From: a virus
Lineage: Duplodnaviria; Caudoviricetes
Reading direction: 5' to 3' (one strand)
IMG/VR virus record: IMGVR_UViG_3300005405_000040
Coordinates: 1-49,380 of that record
DNA length: 49,380 nt
In this document: in pieces, positions 7,879 to 15,532 of the stretch
Layout of the letters: each line of letters opens with the position of its first letter
Numbering within the stretch: position 1 is the stretch's first letter
Translations under genes and position numbers: made by a program
Notes under the pieces: model-generated
The model's database searches: none
What the model was told of the DNA's origin: nothing
Seen by the model: the letters and a program-made list of their open reading frames with translations, nothing else

Positions 7879-8870
7879 TGGAACTTCATCCCTCTCTTCA
7901 AATAATTGATAGCAGTAAATTGCAGGACTACGTAACCTGCCCTCGTATGTTCTTTTATCGTCACGTTCTCGGTTGGCGCCCGGAGGGGGCTCAATTCGAT
8001 CTGATTTTCGGAGAAGCCATGCACGCGGCGCTCGAAACCCTCTACCGCTTCGGCTTTGGAAACGCCTACGGCCCCGAACACACTCGAACCGTTCGTGATT
8101 TGGCCTACGCTCGATTCCTTGAAGTCTACCGCGCTTCGTTCAGTGAAGAAACCGACGATGATCACCTCGCAAAAAATCCCTTCTCCGCTGCGGAAGCAAT
8201 CGAAGGCTATTGCTCCGAGTATCAAAGTGACTTCGACCGATATGAGGCTCTCACTATTGAAAACCAACCCTGCGTCGAAGTCTCAGGATTCGTTCCAATT
8301 TCCAACTCTCAGCGCCTCTATTTCCGACAAGACGCGATCCTTCGAGACAAGTCTAACCAGAAGCTTTTCTGCCTCGAACACAAGACCGCCTCCCGCGGAG
8401 GCCGCATTTGGGCCGCACAATGGGACCTTTCAATTCAGGTCGGAACCTACGTCCATGCCCTCTACTCCATGTTCGATCGGAATGAGGTCTGGGGAGCGCG
8501 CGTGAACGGGCTGATTTTCCTCAAACGCTCGCAAGAATTTGAAAGAGTTCCTTGCGAGAAAACGTATCCGCAGATGCAAGTCTGGCATGAAATGGTGAAG
8601 TATTGGTGCCATCGTCTGCAAGACAACCTTTACGGCTTGTCTGGGCTGTATGAGATCGAAAGTTCTAGGGATGTTATGGGACTTTTCCCTCTTGACCCTC
8701 TCAACTGCACTAAGTGGAACCGGGTCTGCTCCTATCACGACTTCTGCACGAGCTGGCCTAATCCGCTCCAACGATGCGACGAAGTCCCATTAGGATTTGT
8801 GCAAGAATACTGGGACCCACGGGACCGAGCAAAGAAGGAACAGTGTGCATTGAAGACAGGCAACGAATAG
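7878..8870 (+). CDS. PD-(D/E)XK (RecB/Cas4-like) exonuclease
   Basis: SKLQDYVTCPR, GEAMH, QD...EHKT, Q..TY, C-terminal C...C..C cluster. Confidence 0.85.
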   Translation: MELHPSLQIIDSSKLQDYVTCPRMFFYRHVLGWRPEGAQFDLIFGEAMHAALETLYRFGFGNAYGPEHTRTVRDLAYARFLEVYRASFSEETDDDHLAKNPFSAAEAIEGYCSEYQSDFDRYEALTIENQPCVEVSGFVPISNSQRLYFRQDAILRDKSNQKLFCLEHKTASRGGRIWAAQWDLSIQVGTYVHALYSMFDRNEVWGARVNGLIFLKRSQEFERVPCEKTYPQMQVWHEMVKYWCHRLQDNLYGLSGLYEIESSRDVMGLFPLDPLNCTKWNRVCSYHDFCTSWPNPLQRCDEVPLGFVQEYWDPRDRAKKEQCALKTGNE

Positions 8871-8915
8871 CCTCGTTCAATAACTGAACAGACCAAACAA
8901 CGAAGAGGAGTAAAA

Positions 8916-9764
8916 ATGCCGCCCGATCAATCTCCTTCCAACCTCGCCGCTCTTGGCGCGTTCCACCGCGAGGTCGCTCAGCTCGACAAGATCTACGCTT
9001 CCGACACCCGCGGCGACACCTTCCGCGGAATCATCGTCGGAGCCCAAGGAAGTGGCAAAACGTCCCTTGCCGCGACTTCGCCCGCCCTTGTTCACATCGA
9101 TTCGTTCGACCCTGGTGGAACCCTCGTTCTTGAGGATGAGATCAAAGCTGGACGAGTAAAAGCCGACACTAGGTTCGAGGTCGACTCCCTCGACAATCCA
9201 GTCGCCTTCAACGCCTTCGACGCCTCGCTCAAGCGTCGAATCGACACTGGTTATTTCAACTACATTAACACCTATTTCCTCGACTCCCTCACGACACTTG
9301 GAGTCGCCGCCTTGAACCTCGTAATCAACGAAAGGATAAAGAAAGGAAAGCACCTAAGCGAAACGCCGCAGAAGGACGACTGGATGCCGCAGATGACCAA
9401 AATAAAGAAGGTCATTCAGAAGGTAGCCTCCCTCCCCTGCAATGTAATCATCACAGCTCACCTACAGATGAAGGAGGACAAAGTAACCGAACAGTTTCAC
9501 AACCAGCTTCTCGTAACAGGCAATCTGCAACAACTCATTCCGATCCTCTTCGGAGAAGTCTATGTAATCGTTACGAAGGACTCTCCAGAAGGAACCAAGC
9601 GCGCCCTACTCACCCAGCCGTGGGGTGAATTCTCCAAGATTGCAAAAACGCGACTTGGTCGCAAAGGAAAGCTCGAACAGTTTGAGCCGCCAAACATTGC
9701 GTCCCTTTTAAAAAAAGCAGGAAAGCCCTACGAGGATCGGATTCCAGTGAAGGAAGGAGAGTAA
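8916..9764 (+). CDS. AAA_24/Sak4-like ATPase
   Basis: Walker A GAQGSGKT, Walker B LDSLT, VIITAH, AKTR; next to exonuclease and SSB-like gene. Confidence 0.8.
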   Translation: MPPDQSPSNLAALGAFHREVAQLDKIYASDTRGDTFRGIIVGAQGSGKTSLAATSPALVHIDSFDPGGTLVLEDEIKAGRVKADTRFEVDSLDNPVAFNAFDASLKRRIDTGYFNYINTYFLDSLTTLGVAALNLVINERIKKGKHLSETPQKDDWMPQMTKIKKVIQKVASLPCNVIITAHLQMKEDKVTEQFHNQLLVTGNLQQLIPILFGEVYVIVTKDSPEGTKRALLTQPWGEFSKIAKTRLGRKGKLEQFEPPNIASLLKKAGKPYEDRIPVKEGE

Positions 9765-9811
9765 CTAACCATGGCAAAACGAACCCAAACATCAACAAGG
9801 AGATCAACTCG

Positions 9812-10185
9812 GTGGAAGCGAGATATGGAAATAATTGGTTGCCAAGGAATGCAGCTAAAATCGCAGAGGATTTTTGGCGAAAGGTTAAAAGAGGAAGGAC
9901 AACAGATTGCTGGATTTGGCTTGGTTGTAAAATCATAGGGGATATGGACATGTTAGGATAAATGGGAAATGTGTAATGGCCCACAGATTCTCCTATGCAC
10001 ATACCTATGACGAGATTCCAGACGATCGGCAAATCAACCATATTTGCCATAACCCTTCTTGTGTAAACCCGGCGCATCTATATTGTGGCACCCAAAGCCA
10101 AAATGTAAAGGACTCTTACAATTCTGGACGACGATTGTCAATAGCAGAATACCAACAGAAGAATAAAGGAGAAACAAATGACTGA
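9812..10185 (+). pseudogene. HNH homing endonuclease, frameshifted
   Basis: FWRKVKRGRTTDCWIWLGCK continues in the -1 frame as NHRGYGHVRINGKCVMAHRFSY...HICHNPSCVNPAHL...N; break at AAAA 9929-9932. Confidence 0.8.
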
Positions 10186-10666
10186 ATTCGATACAGAAGC
10201 CACCGGAAACGACCTCCTCAGCGATTTCGCAAACGCCGGCGCCTCCACCGACGACGATGACGTCGTGGACATGTCCTTCGATGACGTTTATGAAGAAACC
10301 GTTCATCCGACCGGAACCGAAGTCAAGCTCCGCTGCATCGGTGCCTCCAAGGGCGTGGACAAGAACGAAGCCGACTATTGGAAGCTCCGTTACGAGGACG
10401 TGAACGACCCGCACGTCAAGCAGATTAGCGTCTTCATCGGCTTCCCGAAGAAAGGTGTTCACGACGTTCGCCAAGTGAACAACAAGAAGAAAAGTTTCAT
10501 GGAATGGAAACAAGCCCATGGCCTCCCGTTGAACGAACCCGTCGCCCTCTCCCAGTGCATCGGCCTTGAAGCCTGGGCGATTCTCCGCCAGACTGAAAGC
10601 GAACAGTACGGTTTGCAGAACGATGTGAAGCGATGGATTCTTCCTTCGAAGCAAACTGGGTTCTAA
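10178..10666 (+). CDS. putative single-stranded DNA-binding protein
   Basis: Follows the Sak4-like ATPase; acidic N-terminus; DUF669-like pattern ending YGLQNDVKRW. Confidence 0.55.
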   Translation: MTEFDTEATGNDLLSDFANAGASTDDDDVVDMSFDDVYEETVHPTGTEVKLRCIGASKGVDKNEADYWKLRYEDVNDPHVKQISVFIGFPKKGVHDVRQVNNKKKSFMEWKQAHGLPLNEPVALSQCIGLEAWAILRQTESEQYGLQNDVKRWILPSKQTGF

Positions 10667-10773
10667 GTCGAACGGCTTGTTCAACTTCTAAACAAGCCTA
10701 ACAAAGAGTGGTCCGCCTGAAAGGGCGGGCCGCCGCTTAACTCGGTGTTAGGTCGCAAGGAAAGGAGAACGAG

Positions 10774-10971
10774 ATGTCCGTACCATATAAATGCCCAGCC
10801 TGCGACGGTTTCGGTGTCCTGTGAATGCCTGAACAGATCAAACTGGGTGGGAGCGCATTGGAGTATGTCGCTGAGCACGATGTTAGTTGTCCTGCATGTC
10901 ACGGCACTGGAATTGTCTGGGATATGGAAGCAAACTTACTAGGAGAAAACAAACATGCCCAACAATCATGA
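10774..10971 (+). pseudogene. DnaJ-type CxxCxGxG zinc-finger protein with in-frame TGA
   Basis: MSVPYKCPACDGFGVL*MPEQ...CPACHGTGIVW; TGA at 10822-10824; AAGGAG RBS. Confidence 0.65.
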
Positions 10972-11404
10972 TTCCTACTACATGCACCTCGCAAATGAGG
11001 TCGCCTCCCGAAGTAAATGTCTTTCTCGAAAAGTCGGTGCGGTCCTCATCCGAGACGACTCGATCTTAGCAACAGGCTTCAACGGTCCTCCTCGCAAGGC
11101 GCTTCATTGTAACTACAAATGCCCTCGGCAAGTAGCCGGCTTTGCTTCAGGCGAAGGCCTCCACCTTTGCCCAGCCACTCATGCTGAAGCGAATGTTATT
11201 GCTCAGGCTGCAGCAAATGGTGTCTCAACAAAAGGAGCCACCCTATACTTAACAGGCGGTATAATGCCTTGCAAGTCTTGCGTCTCTCTCTTAGTCAACG
11301 CTTGCATCTTCGATGTAGTCTGTGACTCTCTTGTTGCCTACGATGAACTCAGCATTCGTCTGATGCTTGAGACAGGACTAACTGTACGAAAACCCAAGGA
11401 GTAG
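10955..11404 (+). CDS. dCMP deaminase
   Basis: RSKCLSRKVGAV, TGFNG, HAEAN, PCKSC. Confidence 0.93.
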   Translation: MPNNHDSYYMHLANEVASRSKCLSRKVGAVLIRDDSILATGFNGPPRKALHCNYKCPRQVAGFASGEGLHLCPATHAEANVIAQAAANGVSTKGATLYLTGGIMPCKSCVSLLVNACIFDVVCDSLVAYDELSIRLMLETGLTVRKPKE

Positions 11405-11410
11405 TCATAC

Positions 11411-11671
11411 ATGAAAACAATGCCTGACCTTTACTCACTATCCCTAGAAGAACTTCTAATTCTCCGAGATAAGTGTAAGGAAAACTATAAAGTTCTCAAA
11501 ATACAATACAAGCAAACCGCTCCAAGAAGTTCCAAACGTAAAGCTGCCTATTTACGCTTACGTGAAAACGGCCTAATAAAAGGCACACTAGACCGCGCAA
11601 TCGGTTGCCGTAAGAGTGCTATAATAAGCCTTCGAAAACGCTTACTTAATCAGGCGCTTAAGGAGAATTAA
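11411..11671 (+). CDS. basic hypothetical protein
   Basis: AAGGAG RBS. Confidence 0.55.
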   Translation: MKTMPDLYSLSLEELLILRDKCKENYKVLKIQYKQTAPRSSKRKAAYLRLRENGLIKGTLDRAIGCRKSAIISLRKRLLNQALKEN

Positions 11672-11674
11672 CGA

Positions 11675-11923
11675 ATGTCCTATCCATCAATCAAACCACG
11701 CCTCTCGGTTGAAATAACCGAAGCTCAGGACGATGCTCTTAAACGCCTAATTCCCTATGCGCTGAAGTCTCCTCTTGTCCGGGCCATGCTGGACACGCTC
11801 ATTAGGTTGCTTGAGAAGAACCATGAGACCCGTCATAACATCATAACCTTCATCATCAGCGGTGAGTTGGACATTGCGAAGGCAACGCTGTCGCAAGTCG
11901 TAGGAGAGGAGTCTTCCTTATGA
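11675..11923 (+). CDS. putative ribbon-helix-helix DNA-binding protein
   Basis: PRLSVEITEAQDDALKRL strand-helix pattern. Confidence 0.5.
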   Translation: MSYPSIKPRLSVEITEAQDDALKRLIPYALKSPLVRAMLDTLIRLLEKNHETRHNIITFIISGELDIAKATLSQVVGEESSL

Positions 11924-12147
11924 GCAAACTCGCCCAGTTAAAACCCAGCTTTTCCGAACTCGACCGGGAAGCGAGGCTTGCTCTGATCCTCACCATCCGT
12001 GCTTCTCGACGGATTTCGAAGCGATCGCCTCCAGTCGAACGCAAACCGCGAGCTGCCTCGACACGAGCGAAGAAGCAACCAACACTAACCCCCGAACTTG
12101 CTGCTGAACTCCTGGCATTGCTCGGAGAAGAAGGAGACACTGAATGA
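11920..12147 (+). CDS. hypothetical protein
   Basis: GAGGAG RBS; ATGA overlaps. Confidence 0.6.
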   Translation: MSKLAQLKPSFSELDREARLALILTIRASRRISKRSPPVERKPRAASTRAKKQPTLTPELAAELLALLGEEGDTE

Positions 12148-12332
12148 AAATAATAAGTTGTGAGGAATATACCTACGAGTATATAATCACCGATGCTTCG
12201 GAATATAATACATTCCGTCGGCATTCCGCTGAGGGCTGGGAGCAACTCCTTGGTGATTCTTGGGAGCCTGAATATGAGCCTATAGAACTTGAAGCAGCCT
12301 ATCAGGAATTTAAGAGGAAGGAAAACGAATGA
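12144..12332 (+). CDS. acidic hypothetical protein
   Basis: AAGGAG RBS; ATGA overlaps. Confidence 0.55.
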   Translation: MKIISCEEYTYEYIITDASEYNTFRRHSAEGWEQLLGDSWEPEYEPIELEAAYQEFKRKENE

Positions 12333-13723
12333 CCCCAAACCCAACCGAGTCCAAATCCGTCTCCTACGGCCCCTATCAACTAACCTTCTCCATGCTTCCA
12401 ACTGGCCTGATTGAACCTGGCGAACGCTTCCGAAAAGTCTACGAAGACGGAGGTGAGCTTGAGAATTCGATCCGGGAGCACGGAGTGCTCCAAAATCTCC
12501 TCGTCTACGCGCGTCCAAATCAGCCCTACCTACTTCTCGCTGGAGGCCGAAGGCTTCATTATGCTACGAAAGTCGGACTCGAAAGCGTCCCCGTTCTCAT
12601 CTCAACCCGCGAACTAAGTGACCTTGAAATCCGAACCCTCGAACTGGTCGAGAACATGCACCGTAGGTCGCTAGCCTACGAAGAAGACCTCGCCCTGAAG
12701 TGCGAAATTCACCGCCTGCAGCAGCAAATTCACGGGGAGGCTGTCGGAGGTGGAACTGGAAACGAGAAGCGTGGCTGGGGATTGCAAGACACCGCCAACA
12801 TGCTTGGCGTTTCAAAAGCCACTCTCAGCACGGACATTAAACTTGCTAAGGCCATGGAAAGCTTTCCTGAGCTTCGTGGCCTGAAGGACAAGAAGCAAGC
12901 GGCAAAGGTTCTCGACAGCCTTGTAAAGAACTACGTCCAGGAAGAGAAGGCCAATGAATACCGACAAAAGATGTCATCAGACGAAGGGCCTAAAACGAAG
13001 CTTTGTGCCTCTTATATTGTCGGCGACTTCTTTGACCGTGTTGGTGAGCTGCCTGCTGGTGCTTTTGATTTTGTGGAGGTTGACCCATTTTATGGAATAG
13101 AACTTCTTGATCTTTATGTGAAACGAGCCAATGGTGCTTGCGTTTATCAGAAGGAAAACTACACCGACGTCCCCAAACCTGTCTACGAGTGGTACATTCG
13201 CCAGACGCTTAAAGAATGCTACCGAGTAATGTCTGACAATAGTTGGGGAATTTGTTGGTTTGCTATGGAGCCTTGGTTTGAAACAACTTTCCAGGCAATC
13301 AAAGACGCCGGCTTCTTTTGTCGCCGTGTTCCTGGCTTTTGGATTCAACCAAGTGGTGCTGGTTACAATGTTAATCTTCTCCTTACGAACTCCATTGATT
13401 CCTTCTTTTATTTCCGAAAAGGTCAGCTTCCGTTGAATCAGCCCGGCACTTCGAACGCCTTCCTCTGCGGACACGTGCCGACGAGTCAAAAAATTCACCC
13501 AACCGAACGCCCTGTCGAACTCTACGAGCAAATCCTTCCAACCTTCATCGGCCCAAACTCCCGAATGTTCGTTCCGTTCGTCGGCTCTGGCAACCAACTT
13601 CTCGCCGCAGCGAATCTCCAGATCAACGCGATCGGTTTCGACCTTTGTGAGGATTATCGAAACGGCTTTATAGTTCGTGTGCAGGAAGGGGAGTTTGGCC
13701 ATTATAAATCTTTCAAACAGTAG
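12329..13723 (+). CDS. ParB/Srx + HTH + N6/N4 DNA methyltransferase fusion
   Basis: SIREHGVLQN...LLAGGRRL...ELVENMHR (ParB); QDTANMLGVSKATLS (HTH); VDPFY, HPTERP, PFVGSGN, GFDL (beta-class MTase order). Confidence 0.85.
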   Translation: MTPNPTESKSVSYGPYQLTFSMLPTGLIEPGERFRKVYEDGGELENSIREHGVLQNLLVYARPNQPYLLLAGGRRLHYATKVGLESVPVLISTRELSDLEIRTLELVENMHRRSLAYEEDLALKCEIHRLQQQIHGEAVGGGTGNEKRGWGLQDTANMLGVSKATLSTDIKLAKAMESFPELRGLKDKKQAAKVLDSLVKNYVQEEKANEYRQKMSSDEGPKTKLCASYIVGDFFDRVGELPAGAFDFVEVDPFYGIELLDLYVKRANGACVYQKENYTDVPKPVYEWYIRQTLKECYRVMSDNSWGICWFAMEPWFETTFQAIKDAGFFCRRVPGFWIQPSGAGYNVNLLLTNSIDSFFYFRKGQLPLNQPGTSNAFLCGHVPTSQKIHPTERPVELYEQILPTFIGPNSRMFVPFVGSGNQLLAAANLQINAIGFDLCEDYRNGFIVRVQEGEFGHYKSFKQ

Positions 13724-13732
13724 GAGTCTTCG

Positions 13733-13909
13733 ATGCGAATAGTAATAGGAATAGTATTCCTCTTAGGAGTATTTGACTGTATAGGACGTGTGCGAAACTT
13801 CTATTATGACGACTATCCAATAGTTATCACACGACAAAGGGATATTATAAACTTTTGGTTAAATTTAGGTGTGACCGCTGTAATTGGCTATTGCTTTTGG
13901 TCCTTATAG
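13733..13909 (+). CDS. small membrane protein (58 aa)
   Basis: Hand-translated; two hydrophobic segments; AGGAG RBS. Confidence 0.55.
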   Translation: MRIVIGIVFLLGVFDCIGRVRNFYYDDYPIVITRQRDIINFWLNLGVTAVIGYCFWSL

Positions 13910-13918
13910 GAGTTCAAA

Positions 13919-14014
13919 ATGCTTAACACAATTATCGAAACCTGCCCACTTTGTGGTCACTGGCTTGACAAACACGGCAAATGTCCAAATTGTGGCTATT
14001 GTGAGAGCTGTTAG
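13919..14014 (+). CDS. small Zn-ribbon protein (31 aa)
   Basis: CPLCG...CPNCG; AGGAG RBS. Confidence 0.5.
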   Translation: MLNTIIETCPLCGHWLDKHGKCPNCGYCESC

Positions 14015-14022
14015 GAGGCTTT

Positions 14023-14232
14023 ATGCCTGAGGCACAAATTGATCTTTTTTATTCTAATCCTCTCATCCCATCCTGTCGAAACTGCGGCGCCTTATTGCTT
14101 CGTTGGGGTTGGTATGAGTCGGAAAGCGAACCTGTCGAATACTGGTACTGTCCCAAATGTGACATTGCTGGACGCGAACCTTGTATTCAAGTTTTTCCAA
14201 CTAGAAAAGGAGCAACTAATGAACATAGATGA
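14023..14232 (+). CDS. Zn-ribbon protein
   Basis: CRNCG...YCPKC; AGGAGG RBS. Confidence 0.6.
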   Translation: MPEAQIDLFYSNPLIPSCRNCGALLLRWGWYESESEPVEYWYCPKCDIAGREPCIQVFPTRKGATNEHR

Positions 14233-14461
14233 TCCACATAAGAAACTATATAAAATAACCTTTTCTGCTGCCTTATGGTGCGATGCTTTTGGTCGTCATA
14301 TAAATAGACCAAATGAAGGAGAAATGTTTCGCACAGAAGTGGTGTCTCACGAGATTTACATAGCATCCGCCAATCTTGTGTCCTTATCTCAGTTTTTATA
14401 TCGGGCCAATATACAACCAGATAAAATTGAAACTATTTCATATGGTATCTTTTTATGTTAA
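14219..14461 (+). CDS. hypothetical protein
   Basis: AAGGAG RBS before ATG 14219. Confidence 0.5.
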   Translation: MNIDDPHKKLYKITFSAALWCDAFGRHINRPNEGEMFRTEVVSHEIYIASANLVSLSQFLYRANIQPDKIETISYGIFLC

Positions 14462-14473
14462 AAGGAAAAGAGC

Positions 14474-15136
14474 ATGAGAATCATTAACCAGTATTACGAC
14501 ATTATCACTCCGTTGTATCGTAATGAAATCCTACAAACCCTTGAAAGCATTGGTCGAACCTGCTATAAAAGTGAAGATCGTATTACACCGACATCAGCCG
14601 AGCAGTTTGTCGAACGTATTATTTCAAACGGACATCATTCTGTTCTTGAGCATGTCAACCTATCTGTTCGTTTCGTTACCGATAGGGGCGTTACTCATGA
14701 GCTTGTTCGGCACAGGCTCTGTGCCTTCTCGCAGGAATCCACCCGATATTGCGACTACAAGGGCGAGGTTACTTTCATCCGACCTGTCTGGTGTGAGCCT
14801 TCTATTGTTGGCATATATGACGAGGAAAAAATCTACGCTGAGTTTGATGATACTACTTACGAGTTTGTTCGCGGATTGAGCCAGGCCGCACGACGATACC
14901 AAGAACTTCGAGAACTTGGCTGGATTCCTGAAAAAGCCCGAGTTGTTCTTCCAAATGCACTTAGGACGGAGATTGTCTGTACAACAAACATTCGAGAATG
15001 GCGACATATCCTTTCACTTCGTTGCTCAAACAAGGCGCATCCGCAGATTCGCGCCCTCATGCGAGACCTACTCTCTGAGTTGCAAGAAGAGCTTCCTATT
15101 CTTTTCTCCGACATTGAAGGAGGCGCGGATGAATAA
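14474..15136 (+). CDS. thyX: FAD-dependent thymidylate synthase
   Basis: GHHSVLEH, HELVRHR-x4-SQESTRY, ARVVLPN, LR...AHPQIR. Confidence 0.97.
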   Translation: MRIINQYYDIITPLYRNEILQTLESIGRTCYKSEDRITPTSAEQFVERIISNGHHSVLEHVNLSVRFVTDRGVTHELVRHRLCAFSQESTRYCDYKGEVTFIRPVWCEPSIVGIYDEEKIYAEFDDTTYEFVRGLSQAARRYQELRELGWIPEKARVVLPNALRTEIVCTTNIREWRHILSLRCSNKAHPQIRALMRDLLSELQEELPILFSDIEGGADE

Positions 15137-15488
15137 AGAGCAGAAGTGTGTGGAGGAGTTTCATAAAACCTTCAACCTACCGATCCGAATCATACCAGAC
15201 ATACCACCATTGTCTAGGTGCTCCTTGCGACTTAATCTAATTGAGGAGGAGCTAGAAGAACTACGGGATGCGATTATAAAAAACGATCTTATTTCCGCGG
15301 CTGACGCCCTTGGTGACCTTCTTTATGTTGTCTATGGAGCGGGGTTAGAATTCGGTATCGACCTCGAACCGGTCTTTGCTGAAATCCATCGAAGCAATAT
15401 GACGAAAGTTGGTGGTACGCTACGAGAGGATGGGAAACTTCTTAAACCCGCGACTTACGAGCCTCCGAAGTTCTGGTGGTTGGAATAA
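15129..15488 (+). CDS. MazG-like nucleoside triphosphate pyrophosphohydrolase
   Basis: EFHKTF, LIEEELEEL, DALGDLLYVVYG, IHRSNMTK, REDGKLLKP. Confidence 0.9.
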   Translation: MNKEQKCVEEFHKTFNLPIRIIPDIPPLSRCSLRLNLIEEELEELRDAIIKNDLISAADALGDLLYVVYGAGLEFGIDLEPVFAEIHRSNMTKVGGTLREDGKLLKPATYEPPKFWWLE

Positions 15489-15532
15489 AGTAGGCTCGTT
15501 CAAGAATCGAACAGACCGAATAAGGAGGACTA

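Noticed and set aside
7878-8870. CRISPR-Cas system based on the Cas4-like nuclease
   Set aside because: Standalone phage exonuclease in a recombination module; no array or other cas genes
10822-10824. Genome-wide TGA recoding
   Set aside because: Many genes end in TGA with ATGA coupling and long genes are intact under the standard code
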